This document shows positions 20,988 through 34,221 of a stretch of DNA of 45,062 bases, piece after piece. The position numbers were made by a program, and so were the translations under genes. The DNA comes from Raillietiella orientalis (lineage: Eukaryota): positions 248,001 to 293,062 of the forward strand of contig JAYWIR010000087.1 of assembly GCA_036172245.1 (NCBI GenBank). The letters are read 5' to 3'. The notes under the pieces are model-generated. The model searched no databases. It was given only the letters and a program-made list of their open reading frames with translations, and was not told where the DNA came from. Positions within the stretch are counted from its first letter, which is position 1; every line of letters starts with the position of its first letter.

Positions 20988-23222
20988 AGCTGCAGGAAGT
21001 TCTGGCGCTGCAAAGCCAGGCTGCTGCGAAAGTCACTGCCGCAGGCAAGAAGAACAGGCGCCGACGGCAGGAGGGAACGCCAGGTGCCTTGGCGGTCGCG
21101 GTCGATCTCCACAAGGCGTTCCACTGCGTAAACCAGAAGCTGCTTTCGGAGCTTATGGAACGCCTTGGGTACCCGGCGCAACTCCAGCTGTATTTGCGCG
21201 CGTGATGGCGCCACGCGCTGACCTGCATCACTTTCAGCGGCTGCCGCGTGTATTGTATTCCCGTTCGTAGAGGCATCCGACAAGGCTTCAGTTTAAGCCC
21301 GTTGCTCTTCAGCATCTTCTTTGAGTTGGTGCTAAGAGCATACAGGCTGACGCTGTCTCACTTGCCAAGCTCCTGCCCGGGAACGCCAGCCGTGGCCGCC
21401 TACGGTGATGACCTGCTTCTTCTGCTCCCCATGTGCACCCCGGCGTCCAGTGTCGAGGATTTCTTCGACCTGATTCGTCGGGTAGCGGGCGTGAGCGTGA
21501 ACAGAGTGAAGAGCGTGGTCGTTCCTGTGGGGACGTCGTGGGAGGGGCAGTCCGTCTAGATCCGCCTAGGGATCCCCACGGGCGGGTACTTTAAGTACCT
21601 TGGCGTTCCGTTCGGCGCTTATGGCGCAGCCGAAGCGTGGGCGGACTGTCTTCAAAAAGCAGTGTTGGCCATCCGCCCATTCTTTAACGGCAAGTTTACC
21701 TTGCAGAAACGGGCGACTATTTGGAACACCTTTGTGGCCCCCCTCCTCCGTCCCCTGTTTTTTGTTTTGGACTTCCCCTATGCTGCGAAACAGCGGGCTA
21801 AACGCTTGCTCAGGAACGCTCTCTGGGGTCCGGCGAGATCCAGGATCCGCCTTAAAGATTTCTTAGCTCCGCGCCGGGATGCTGGTTTGGGTGTCCTGAC
21901 AATGGAGCGAATCGGACTGCAGGTGCAGTTCCGACTGCTGGCACTGTGTGCCCAGCTATGGACATCCCCCCTGTGTGTGTCAGCCCACATTCCCCTGCGA
22001 AGATGCGCCGGCAGCGGACGACTGCTGCCGCTTTTACCGGGCTCGCAATACAGGAAGCGAAGTTTCAACTATCCTTTGCGGCAATTAACCGCACATCTGG
22101 AGGCCTACTCGTGTATCTCGTCAAGCCCAATAAACTTCGACGCTTGGCGGCAGGAGTCTGTTGAATCCCGAGGGCGTTTCCAGGAATGCGCAACTGCAGG
22201 AAGTTGTGGCGCAGCAAAGCCAGGCTGCTGCGAAAGTCACTGCCGCAGGCAAGAAGAACAGGCGCCGACGGCAGGAGGGAACGCCAGGTGCCTTGGCGGT
22301 CGCGGTCGATCTCCATAAGGCGTTCCACTGCGTAAACCAGAAGCTGCTTTTGGAGCTTATGGAACGCCTTGGGTACCCGGCGCAACTCCAGCTGTATTTG
22401 CGCGCGTGATGGCGCCACGCGCTGACCTGCATCACTTTCAGCGGCTGCCGCGTGTATTGTATTCCCGTTCGTAGAGGCATCCGACAAGGCTTCAGTTTAA
22501 GCCCGTTGCTCTTCAGCATCTTCTTTGAGTTGGTGCTAAGAGCATACAGGCTGACGCTGTCTCACTTGCTAAGCTCCTGCCCGGGAACGCCAGCCGTGGC
22601 CGCCTACGGTGATGACCTGCTTCTTCTGCTCCCCATGTGCACCCCGGCGTCCAGTGTCGAGGATTTCTTCGACCTGATTCGTCGGGTAGCGGGCGTGAGC
22701 GTGAACAGAGTGAAGAGCGTGGTCGTTCCTGTGGGGACGTCGTGGGAGGGGCAGTCCGTCTAGATCCGCCTAGGGATCCCCACGGGCGGGTACTTTAAGT
22801 ACCTTGGCGTTCCGTTCGGCGCTTCCGGCGCAGCCGAAGCGTGGGCGGACTGTCTTCAAAAAGCAGAGTTGGCCATCCGCCCATTCTTTAACGGCAAGTT
22901 TACCTTGCAGAAACGGGCGACTATTTGGAACAACTTTGTGGCCCCCCTCCTCCATCTTCTGTTTTTTGTTTTGGACCCCCCATATGCTGCGAAACAGCGG
23001 GCTAAACGCTTGCTCAGGAACGCTCTCTGGGATCCGGCGAGATCCAGGATCCGCCTTAAAGATTTCTTAGCTCCGCGCCGGGATGCTGGTTTGGGTGTCC
23101 TGACAATGGAGCGAATCGGACTGCAGGTGCAGTTCCGACTGCTGGCACTGTCTGCCCAGCTATGGACATCCACCCTGTGTGTGTCAGCCCACATTCCCCT
23201 GCGAAGATGCGCCGGCAGCGGA
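20667..23222 (+). repeat. Tandem duplication of a LINE RT segment, 1204-bp period, about 2.1 copies
   Basis: GCGYCGGGATGCTGG at 20667, 21871 and 23075; duplicated ORFs offset by 1204. Confidence 0.95.
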
Positions 23223-24517
23223 GGATTTTTCTCGCTTTTGCCGGGCACTCAATACAGGAAGCGGGATTCCGGGTTTCCATTGCGGCAGTTGACCGCACTT
23301 CTGGAAGCTCACTCCTGGATCTCCTGCCGCCCAATGAACTGTGAAGCTTGACGGCAGGAGTCTGTTCGATCCTGGACGGCGTTCCAAGGAATACGCCCTG
23401 AAGATCTTCGCACCCTGCGCAGATTTTTTCTACGATCCTTGGAAGAAGTACTGCAGGACGAGGTGAAGTTTTCTATCCTGGCTGCCACGCCTCTTGCCGC
23501 AGCGCTGTCTGCCCTCATGGCAAAAAACGACAATTACCAACCGGCGGGGTGGGAGGTTTCCTGCACGATAGCGGTAAAAATTAAAGTCCTTGGCGCCTGG
23601 AAGACGAGTGAGTTGGCGGACGCCGCCACTCCTCGTGTTACTGCAAAGGGACTCGTCCGGTGGGCAGAAGAACTTGCTGTCACCCCCGAAGAACTTGTAG
23701 TCCCTCCACAGTGTATGGACAGTTCGCTGCTCCCCCTTGCTTGGAAACAAGCCGTGCTGCTTTTTGTTCACTGGGGTTTTCAGTGCAACGAGCGTTGGCA
23801 TCGTGACTCCGGGGGACTTGCGTCTGCGAACTGCGTTCGGTGCGGATCGACGGAGTCGATTCCGCACCTACTTCTGGACTGCGGTGTCCTACAAGGACTG
23901 TGGCGTAGGCTGGCAACAGCACTAATGCATCCCGTGGACACCGCAAGAGACTTGCTGCGACGATTCTTCACGCCGAGCGGGCTGTCACTAAGCGCAACGA
24001 TTGCAACCATCGGTTGCATACGCGCGATAGTTTCCGTCCGCCAGGCGTTGTTAATTAACGGACAGCACCAAGAGCTAATCAGCAAAGCATCCTTCTAGAT
24101 AAGAGCATCCGCTAGATATCCTCATTTGAAAGAGCAGACAAAAAGGAACCTCGCCGCAATACACCGCCGGTTTACACACGCTCAGCAGCGGCCAACCCGG
24201 TGATCATTGCCCTATCCTCCATAAACTAATTTTGTATTTTCGTTTTACACCCGCGTCCCCATAGGCTCCGGAACATTTCAGGTGCTCATCGTATAAATCC
24301 CCGTGAGTACGGAGCCTATCCAAAAATTCGTTACCCTTCCCTCCAGTTTTTGATTTTTGTTTGTTTCCCCTCATTCCTCCCACGCTGCGAGCGATTTGTT
24401 TACCAGGCCTGCGTGCCGGTAATTTTTCTATGTTCTCTGTCGTTCTGTTGGTTAAGGACATTGTCCCTGACCAGTTTATTATTAGAAATAAACGCCCCAG
24501 CGTGACCAAGTGATAAA
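20988..24517 (+). pseudogene. LINE J: RT to 3' end, with internal tandem duplication
   Basis: DLHKAFH, GIRQG, YGDD (twice), CVRCGSTESIPHLLLDC; terminus AATAAACGCCCCAGCGTGACCAAGTGATAA. Confidence 0.88.
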
Positions 24518-26389
24518 TTTCAATCGAGTGCGGACGGGTTTTTCTTCGCTCTCGTCTCCGTGCTTTCATCTGCTTCATCTTGGCGTCGTACATTTTGACG
24601 ACGATGTCGATTCAATTCGAAGCTACTGAAGTTGGAGGAACAGCATTTGGATCTGCAATCGCGGAACCGACGGCCGCCTCCACTTCGTCTTTCTCGCAAA
24701 TGGAGAGGAGTTTTGCTGACGCTGCTGCCACAGCAGCCGTCAAAGGGAAACCACTCGACGAATCGGAGTTGCGGGCATACGTATCCCAAGGCTCTAGACC
24801 TGCTCTCCGATATAAGGTGAGTGGTTTTCTTTCTGCGCGCGACGGGAATCAGTTCAACGATGAACTGACCCGTGTTGGCGTGCGGGAGGAGGACCTCCTC
24901 GCCATTATGCCCGTAAACGATATGGGCTATTTCAAGGTGCGCTGCAAAGACGCTGCACTTGTGCAACGCTTGCTGCGCACCCCGTTGTCGATCCGTGGCC
25001 AGAAGGTCTTCGCGGCCGCCATGTACGACTCATTTGTCGCGGAGATTTTCCACATCGAGTTGGAAATCTCGGATATTGATATTCGTAATCTGTTGGCCAA
25101 ATTCGCCACGGTCCATGCGCCGTGGAGGGTGCGCAGCAACCTCAAGGACTTCCCGTCCATACACAGCGGAGTCGCTGGAGTCCGGCTTACAATGCCGGAC
25201 CGCCGTCTGCTGCTCACCAAACTACAGGTGAAAGACACGGTCGTTTACCTGTGGTTCGTGGGCAAAGTGAGAACGTGCGAGCAATGCGGGAAGGAGGGAC
25301 ATTGTTTGGATAAATGCCCCTCTGGAAAATGCCGTCATTGCAAACTATGCGAGCACCAATTGAAAAATTGCCCAGATCTTTTGCAAAAAATGGCAGCCGC
25401 GGAGCTCCATCTTGAAAAACAAAGCGCGGATAAAAAGAAAAAATCTGAGAAAAACCTGGAGACCCCACGGCAGAAATTCCGTAAAAACGCGAGGCGGAAT
25501 TTCGCCCCAAAGCAGCAGGAAACCTCGCACGCGAAGCCCTGCGCGCCCCCTTTCGCGGTAGGGGAGCCGCAAAAGAAAGGGTGCGGGGAATTCGAGGGAA
25601 GGATAAGTCCCCCTAGGCGCAATAGCTGTTCTTCCCAAGCACGCCCAACTCTCTCGGAGTTCGAGCAACCGGCGGAAACGCCAATGGCCAACGGCGGTAA
25701 GGACACTTCCAGTACCGTCAGATCCATTCCTTGATCTCCTGCAGTGGTCGAGAAGCCCAAATCGGGTAAGAAGGGTTGTGCCGTGTCGACTTCGAAAGTC
25801 GGCAAAAAAAAATCCGCGTCGCGATCCAACACCGCGAAAGCGGAGAAAATTCTCACGTTGTCGCATTCGGAGAGCAAGCTCTCGACTGGCGCGGATGTCA
25901 TGCCAACGAAGGGATTAAAAGCCCTTCCGAAGGCAGCGTCCATGACGAGCGTGTCGGAGCCATCGAAAGTGCTCCCGTCCAAAGACGCGGATAGCTTCAA
26001 AGATGGCACTCAGGTACAATCTCCATTAACGGCGCCACGCAAAGTGAGGAACCGTAATGAAGTAAAGAAGACTTCAGCAAAGGTCCCTCGTGCAACTGCG
26101 CGTGAGCACGCTGAAAACGCGCGCGCTGGGAAAGCAGCCGTCACCAAAAGCGATGCTTTGGTGACGAAAAACGACAACAGGACAGCTGTCAATCCAGCAG
26201 AACGTGTGACTACTTCGCGGAAGGCGGAAACCCGACCGAACATGCGCCGGTCGGACTCCGAAATGGATGCCGTTCCGATCACGGAGACGAGGACAACTCG
26301 TTCAAAGTGTGTGCGCGGCGATCAAAAGTAAGCAGCCAGGCAACGCTCGCCGCGAAGCAACGCGATGTCTCCACGAAACCCGACGGGGT
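24518..26389 (+). mobile_element. 5' part of LINE D: ORF1 (~24604-26331) with one in-frame TGA at 25732-25734
   Basis: GGACGGG at 24532; ELRAYVSQGSRPALRYKVS; CEQCGKEGHCLDKC and CRHCKLCEHQLKNC; similar to ORF1 of A. Confidence 0.88.
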
Positions 26390-28545
26390 TTTTTAACCGG
26401 GTAAACCGGGGCTTTTGTTACTAAAATTTTGACATTGCAAAATTTTCTGATAAGGTCTTTGTTGTTAAAAAAAAAAAATTTTTCTTTTTCGGACGTCAGA
26501 CGTTCATTGAAGTTCAATAGCACTTGTCTTCACCGACCCGGAGCACGATAAGGTTCTTCACTGGCGCCGTTACGGGAAAAATAAACAGAAAACAAAACAA
26601 AAAAAGAAAAACCTCTGGAGGGCAATGTTTTTGGGGAGAAGGAGGGAGGGAGGGGATCACGGTGCGCCGTGAGCAGGCCTTTGCATCCGGTTTCGGATGC
26701 GAACAAGTGCCTGCAAATGTTTTTGAAGTCGGCGTCAACGGCACGCTTTCTCCAAGGAGATCGCTGCCCAGTGGATGGCATTCCAGGTGGTCCTTCCTCT
26801 CCTAGACGCGGTCCACTTCTTCAGGATACCGCGTACGCAGCAGGGCACTGCTACGCTCCCGGTGGCTGGCAAGCCGTCTCGCGTCAGAAGGCGTCTGAAT
26901 GAATTTTTCGGGTCACCCTCCGGAATGTTGAGAATCCACGAGAGTCTGTCCTACATTTCGTGGAGAGCAACACACTCCAGAATCAAGTAAAGGAAGGTCT
27001 CCCTTTCCCAGCACTCTGCACAACTTGCATCGACATTCCCCGTTGTACAGCGAGACAGGTCTGCTCTGCTTAAAAGTCCCCAGTGGAGCAGAATCAACGC
27101 CGTCTCCTGCCACTGCAGGGAAAGGGTGCCGTTGTCTCATGACGCTGGGGGCCACTTCACCTCCTCCGGAGGTATACCGAGCAGCGCTACCAGCGTAAAA
27201 GTCCGTTCGGCGGGACACTCGGGGTACTAGCGTCCGCTAGTTCCCTCGGCGTCCACGCCTTCAGTGATTTTTTCCTGCCTTCGATGAGGCAGGACACTTC
27301 CCACGATGCCTGTTGGTGGCTGTCCTGAACTTCTCTGAGGGAGGGCACCACTGGGACAAGGGGGGTGAAGGAAGCCCACAGAAGTATCCGTGGGCTGTAA
27401 ACGATCTCCTGGAGTGGCTCACCAGCGTGCCTCCCTCTGCGGAGGCAAAAGAAGTCTTCATCGCTGGTGCCATTAATCTTCGCTTGTGCGGAAACGGACT
27501 CCTGAAGCCAGGTAGTCCAGTCCGCTGGAATGCAGGAGATCCAAGGGTTGTCTTTCATCAGGGCAACAAAATCCCGCAGCTGATAACCACATTGGTTCAG
27601 CCTGCGTTCGTTGGCTACCAGGATTCAAGTCAATCCGAAGCAGCCGGTTGCCCTTTGAGCAAGTAGTCTTGCCGGTGCACACCAGGGTGCTGTCTAAAAC
27701 TCCGCCACAAGGGCAAGTTTTCTGAATTGGAGCTGTCGCTCCATGCGCTCCAACGTCAGGAGACCAAGTCCACCGTCCCTGCGTGGAGCGCACAAGTGTT
27801 TGAGCCGCACGCGAGGCCTCCGGTTGCCCCGGAGTGCTTTCCGTATAAGGCTTCTAGTCCGTGTCCTAATTTGGTACGGGGGAGGGCACACAAAAAGTAG
27901 GGGGCGAAGGAGGGGGGCCGCGAACGCGTTCCACACCGCGGCCCGCTCCTGCAAGTGAAACCTGCTGTCCCGGAACGGGCCGATCGCCAGCTCCACCTCT
28001 TGTAGACGGTCGGACCAGGCTTCTGCAGAGCAGAAGTTCCCCAACGGAACGCCAAGGTACTTGATGTACCTGCCCGTGGGGATCCTCAAGCGGATCAAGT
28101 GCGACCGTCAGGCCCTCGTCGAGTCGGTGAAAAGCAACGACGATTTCGTCCTGTTCACCTAGAGGCCTGTCCCACGGTATAGCAACTCGAAGAAAGACTC
28201 GAGCGCTGATGCCGAAGTGGACCCGGGAAGCAGGAGCAGAAGATCGTCGGCATAGGACGACACGGTAGGCGTGCCGGGACACGAGCTTGGCAGGGTTGCC
28301 AAAGTCTCCCTGTATGCTCTCAGCACCAAGTCAAAGTAGATGCTGAAGAGCAGGGGGCTGAGGCTGTCACCCTGCCGGATGCCACGGCGAACCGGCACGC
28401 CGAACACGTGCCGGCCGCTGAAATTAATATTGATGTACGCGAAGCGCCAGCAGGAGCGCAGGAAGGCCAGGAACACGGCCGGAAATCCCAAGCGTTCCAG
28501 GAGCTCCAGAAGGAGCTCCTGGTCGGCGCAGTCGAAAGCTTTACG
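26390..28545 (-). pseudogene. LINE E: RT (from KAFD) to 3' end, antisense to D
   Basis: RKAFDC, GIRQGDSLSPLLF, SYADD, RRDGGLGL; terminus CCCCGGTTTACCCGGTTAAAAA. Confidence 0.88.
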
Positions 28546-29789
28546 TCGGCTAGAGCGGACGTGTTTCCTCGGTGCTCCTCGTGCCGGGAGCCGACCTTAG
28601 GTGTAGGCTTCGTGTGTGGTGGTGGTCGATCAGACAACAATGCCTGACACGACCACCAGTGCCTGTCAGGGGGCGGTGGCAACGTCGCCTCCTGAAGAAA
28701 TGGAGTGCCAGGTGGCGGCGGCAACGTCGCCTCTAGAGAAGGTGGAGTGCCAGGAGGCGGCGGCAACGTCGCCTTCAGTAGCGAAGGAGGTGGGGGCGTC
28801 CGCCACCACAAAACCGGTCCCGCTGCAGCGCGGGCGTGGAGCGCCGTCGTGTCGGCGCCATCGCCTGCAGCCGCAGCGGAATTATCTGCCTATGTGGAAG
28901 AGGGGTATAACCCATCACTATTCTACAAGGTAGGTAATTTGTATTCTTCTGAGAGTGCGCGCGCCTTTTCGAAGGGGATGCGCGCTCTTGATGTTAAAGA
29001 GGAGGAGCTCTGCGCTATGACCATTCGTAGCGGGGGGCAGTACGTAGAGGTGATCTGCAAACATGCAGATCTGGCCCAACGTTTGCTTAAAACCCCCGTG
29101 GTGATGGGGACACGCAGACGCCTTCCGATTACGGCGGACCACAGTATGGTGGTCCATCTTTTAGGAGTTACCGCGCGGATGCGGAAAGAAAAGTTACGCG
29201 CCGCGTAAGGAAAAGATGGCACGGTCCATGCAGTATGGACCAAGCCTAGTCCTTCCGAGGACTATACCACAGTTCAGTGCGGCCTCACGGCTGCCCGTGT
29301 AACCATTCGGGAGGGCTCTACCCTTCCCCACAAACTGGTGGTCGGCGGAGAAAGCGTCGACCTCTGGTACATGGGGAAGCCCAAATACTGTGGCTTCTGC
29401 AACACGTCGGGACACCTCAAAAGGAGGTGCCCCAACGTACAATGCCTGGTATGCGGGACAATGGGCCACACGAAGAAAGTGTGTCCACAATCCGCTGTGC
29501 GCGTGGTCTCGGCGCGGAACCTGAAAAAACGCGCGCGGCTGCTACAGAAAAGGCTGGCGGCGAAGGCTGCCGCTCAAGCTGTGCCACCCACTCCCGTGGT
29601 CCAGGTCTCAGCCAACACCCCGGCAACGAATGCCAAAAAGATCGACAAAAGCGGTCAGGTGTCGGAATGCCAAGAAGCCACAGCGAAAAAGAAAAAGTCG
29701 AAGAAAGAACGATGAACTGAAAAAAAGCTCGCCTACCAAAATAAAAAACAGCAGGTTAGCGAGAATTTCAAAGAATACAGCGTCGTCGT
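28546..29789 (+). mobile_element. 5' part of LINE F: degraded ORF1, resuming briefly at 31347-~31415
   Basis: GGACGTG at 28557; ELSAYVEEGYNPSLFYKVG; CGFCNTSGHLKRRC and CLVCGTMGHTKKVC. Confidence 0.85.
28664..28774 (+). repeat. 42-bp tandem repeat (about 2.6 copies) in the F ORF1 N-terminus
   Basis: GCAACGTCGCCT at 28679, 28721 and 28763; encodes CQxAxATSPxExxE. Confidence 0.9.
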
Positions 29790-31346
29790 TTATTACCCGT
29801 TTGCGCCGATACGTTTTTTATAACATCAACTGGGAACTGTGTCCCCAGGCAAGGGGAACAGAAAATGGGGAGTAGATTTCCCGGAACGCAGTCCGGGCAC
29901 ACTGAGAGTTCGGAACGGGATGGGGTGGGACAATAAATAAATAAACTGGGTGGGGGCGCGGGGACAGGGGTATACCGTCTAACCGTTCCTATTCTCAGAA
30001 CCGGCGGTGAATGCCGCCGATCTCCGTCCTCACTTTTGCTCCAAGATGTGGCCACCCGGAAGCCATTTGCAGGTTGCAGGCTGCGGTGTCGGGGACCGAT
30101 GTTGGGACTGCTCGCATCTGCAATACGTGGCGGGCCCTGACAATGTCGCGGACGCAGCAGATGATTGCGACGACCGCTCCAAGAGAAAGTCCGCCACGCG
30201 TGTAGAAGAGGCGCATCCAATCCAGTGAGGTGTGTCGAGGGTGCAGGAGCGCTGAAGACAGCCGCTGCCACAGCTCCTGCAGGGCACCGCACTCAAACAG
30301 CAAATGCGGAATCGATTCCACCGCTCCGCATTTGGCACAGTTCGGGGACGCAACTCCCCCGGCAATCAGGTGCGCCCGCTGGTTGCTGTACAAACCCCAA
30401 TGCACCAGCAGAAAAGCGTCCTGCTTCCACCGAAGGGGGAAGAGAGTCGCGCCCAAACACGTAGAAGGGACCACAAGTTCATCGGTGGGCACGCCGAGGA
30501 GCTCACTCCACCGAAGAAGCACCTTGGCACGAAGGCAAGGTGTGGCAGCTTCTGCCACTTCGCAAGTCCGCCAGCCGCCTAGCAGTCGGGTTTCGCCTGC
30601 GAATTCGCAAGTGATCTCCCACCTCGCCGGCAGGTCACTGTCATCTCCCACCATCAGTGCACACAATGCTTCGGCGAGTGGCGTAGCGGCTAGGCGTGTA
30701 CACTGGTCCTGGTCTTCCAGCACCTCGCTCTCTGGACAGTATGGGGAAAGTTTCACGCAACGGAGTTCCAAACGGGACACATCCTGTTGCGCTGCCCAGG
30801 ACGATATGTCTTCCTGCCTCCAGGCGTTGAAGTTCGTCGGCCGGCAATAGATCCACTTATGCTTTCCCAGAAGCGCGGCGAGCTGCTTCAAAGGGAAGCC
30901 GAATCCTCTCTGGGCGCGCTCCGTGCGCAGATGCAACGAACGTAGTCCGTCGCCACCCGTGCTGCGCCGCGGCAGCAGCCGCGCTGGAGCACACCAGGGA
31001 GTAGTCCAGAGCTGGGCACAAAGTGCCAGCATGCGGAACTGCACTAGCAGTCCGATCCGCTCCAGTGTCAGGATGCCCAATCCTGCATCCCGCCGAGGAG
31101 CCGCCAAGTCCTTCAGGCGTATCCTGGACCTCGTTGGTCCCCACAGGGCGTTACGCAACAGGCGTTGCGCCCGGCGCTTAGCCGAGTAGGGAGGGGGACA
31201 AACAAAAAAGAGAGGACGGAGGAGGGGGGCAACGAAAATGTTCCACACGAAGGCCCGTTCCGACAGGAGAAACCTGCCGCCTTGGAACGGGCCCAGAGCA
31301 GTCTCGGCCTTGTGAAGGCAGTCCGACCACGCTTCTGCTGGACAGA
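29790..31346 (-). mobile_element. 5'-truncated LINE G (ORF2 C-terminus open 29995-31248), antisense inside F, TSD AGCGT(C/G)GTCGT
   Basis: Closely similar to the A C-terminus (CAKCGAVESIPHLLFEC); TSD copies at 29779-29789 and 31347-31357. Confidence 0.9.
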
Positions 31347-31839
31347 AGCGTGGTCGTGGAACGCGTCCCCGCCAAACGCCGCAAGGCAGAAATCGCTGCT
31401 AGCGACGAGCAACCAATTATTAAATATTATACTTCCCAAATGCAATCAGAACAAATTATTGCTTGTTTGTGGAGGAAGATCCAACAACAGTTGAATACGA
31501 GATGCAACCGTATTATCCACGATTTCAAACATTTCTTGTAATTTCCGAGAAAAGAAGCGTAATATATGCTTTCCTCAGTCCACGTTTCTGAGGCCGAAAA
31601 TACAAATCCACGTAAAAGACTGTCAGTACCTTTGTTGCACTACGTGGAATCTCGAAGTGTACAATGAATTTCGTAGAATGACAACATACATTTGGAGATT
31701 TCTGCTTTCACGCTTAACATGCATGTTGACGGTTTCCATAGGAATCCAGGACCTGATTACGTGTTGTCAGTGACGCACTGAACTCAGATGAGCAGCCGTT
31801 GGGTCTGATAAGACAGCGGGAATCAGGTATTTTCTCTAT

Positions 31840-32600
31840 TGGAAATTTCGACTGAGGCTGAATGCCGTACCATTCTGCTTCTTCATCGGTCAACTTTGTT
31901 CCTTGCTGCAGAGTGCATGCTTTCTGGAAACCCTGCGAGTCTGTTTCCGTGCACCGTCAGCGGTCTCCTCGAACATTGCAGATGATCGAACGTTTTGCTC
32001 ACTGTTCCTATGAAAATGCTCTCGGCGCCTTGCACAATGCATCCACAAGTGTTCTTCCAGGTGCAAACAAATATAGAGTGTATTAATGTTGTCAGCATCA
32101 GAGGAAGCGTGGATCACGAATAACCTTGAAGAAACAAATCCCTTGCAATCTCAGGATTTCAAAGAGAGCATTTTGTTCGATCACAAACAATCGAACTGCG
32201 GAAGCTGTCAGATGGACGAGTCTGTCATCGCACGCAAGCGAGTCTGCAAAAGCATGCGAACAGAGCGTGGTCTCGTGGCTAATAAACGAGTATCCCACCA
32301 TGGTATTTTGCGTTTTATCTACGCATCTCCTAAGTTCCGACGCTGCTTCCATTCCGGATGGGACACAATCGCATTACACATAGTATGGAAATAAATGGAA
32401 TCATTATGCTCGCGTTCGAAGCAGCAGCAAGATGAACTCTTTCACCGTCTTTTTAATGGCACTTGGAGATGCCTGGCATTGTGGACCCAACCGCTGAAAC
32501 ATACGCGTGAGCTGCGGTCTCCGAAATCCCGCCAAGGGTTGTGCCAGTTCTTCTTCAACGCATGGTTGTTGTCCAGATGCAATGGAGACTGCTCATCCTT
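31840..32600 (+). pseudogene. Probable Merlin-superfamily (IS1595/ISXO2-like) DDE transposase relic
   Basis: TEAECRTILLLHR; CQMDESVIARKR (resembles VxIDES..KRK); PTLLP..PDGT..IVWK (resembles TLxPII..PGTxIxSDxW); IVDPT (resembles FVDP); frameshifted, no TIRs found. Confidence 0.45.
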
Positions 32601-32823
32601 TGGACTGCACAACGTTTATTTCATCTCAGTACATGGAGCAGGAAAAACCAGAATTCAACAGAGCAAAGAGTTTTTTCCGATGCATTTAGCAATTGTCTAA
32701 CACATCCTTGCGTCGGGCTTCATATGTTGAGATAACATGGACAGAAATTTCCCGTACTCATCCCGAATGGAATTTTGAGAAGTGACAATTGGAATGTGCG
32801 GCGCAACTCGGAATTGTGAAAGT

Positions 32824-34221
32824 TTATCCCCCGGTCACGCCGGGACGTTTATTTGAAATAAACCGGTCAGAGACAATGTCCCCAGCAAAAGAAAGGACAA
32901 GGAACAAAGAGAGGTTTCCGGCACACAGACCTGGTAAACACAAAATCTGGAGGGAGGGGTAACGGCTTTTTGGTGGGGCTCCGTACTCACGGGGATTCAA
33001 AAGAGAGAGCACCTTGAATGTTCCGGAGCCTAAGGAGACGGAAGTGGAAGAAAAAAAAAATAAAATTAACTTGATGGGGCGAGGGGAAAGGGTCACCGGG
33101 TGCGCTGCTGGGTAGCGTCTGCAAACCGACGGTGTATGCCGGCGAGATCCCTTTTTGTGTCCTCGGTCAATTGAGGCCATCAAGCGTCCGCTACCATATA
33201 GGAGGCTGCCTTTCCGACTACTTGTTGATACTGCCCGTCGATTACCAGCGCCTGACGGAATGAAACTATGGCGCGTATGCAACCGATGGTTGCAATCCTT
33301 GCGCTTGCAGACAGCCCGCTCGGCGTGAAGAATTGTTGCAGCAATTCTCTTGCCGTGTCCAAGGGATGCATTAGTGCTTTTGCCAGGCTACGTCGTGGTC
33401 CTTGTAGGACAACGCAGTCCAGAATAGGTGCGGCATCGACTCCGTCGAGCCGCATTAAACGCAGTTCACAGACGCAGGTCCCCCGGATTCACGATACCAA
33501 CGCTCGTTACACTGAAAACCCTAATGAACGAAAAGCAGCACGGCTTGTTTCCAAGCAAGGAAGAGCAGCGAATTGTCAACACATTGTGAAGGGACTACAA
33601 GTTATTCGTGGGTGACACCAAGTTCTTCTGCCCACCGGAGGAGTCCCTTTGCAGTAGGACGAGGATTCGCGGCGTCCGCTTCCTCACTCGTCTTCCAGGC
33701 CCCAAGGAGTTTCGTTTTTTCCGCTATCGTGCAGGAAACCTCCCACCTCGCCGGTTGGCATCTGACGTTTCTTGCTCTGAGGGCAGACAGCGCTGCGGCG
33801 AGAGGCGTGGCAGCCAGGGTAGAGAACTTCACCTCGTCCTGCAGTACCTCTCACGAAGATCGCGGAAGAAGATGGCGCAGGGGACGAAGTTCTTCAGGGC
33901 GCATTCCTGGGAACGCCCCCCAGGATTCAACAGAGTCCTGCCGCCAAGCGTCAAAGTTTATTGGGCTTGACGAGATACACGAGTAGGCCTCCAGATGTGC
34001 GGTTAATTGCCGCAAAGGATAGTTGAAACTTCGCTTCCTGTATTGCGAGCCCGGTAACAGCGGCAGCAGTCGTCCGCTGCCGGCGCATCTCCGTAGGAGA
34101 ATGCGTGCTGGCACACACAGGGGGGATGTCCACAGCAGGGCACACAGTGCCAGCAGTCGGAACTGCACCTGCAGTCCGATTCGCTCCATTGTCAGGATAC
34201 CCAATCCAGCATCCCGACGCA
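32824..34221 (-). mobile_element. 5'-truncated LINE I with 20-bp TSD
   Basis: TSD CAACTCGG(A/G)ATTGTGAAAGT at 32804-32823 and 34222-34241; terminus AATAAACGTCCCGGCGTGACCGGGGGATAA. Confidence 0.92.

Noticed and set aside
20667..23222. DGR-like template/variable repeat, or retron/group II intron system
   Set aside because: The repeats are LINE RT sequence, the differences are not adenine-specific, and the RT is APE-linked non-LTR type.
24518..24533. ATTTCAATCGAGTGCG as a decayed copy of the element I TSD
   Set aside because: Needs several gaps; J differs clearly from I and extends further 5'. Better read as the 5' end of D, though not fully excluded.
28664..28774. CRISPR-like array
   Set aside because: Contiguous coding minisatellite without unique spacers, in a eukaryotic context.
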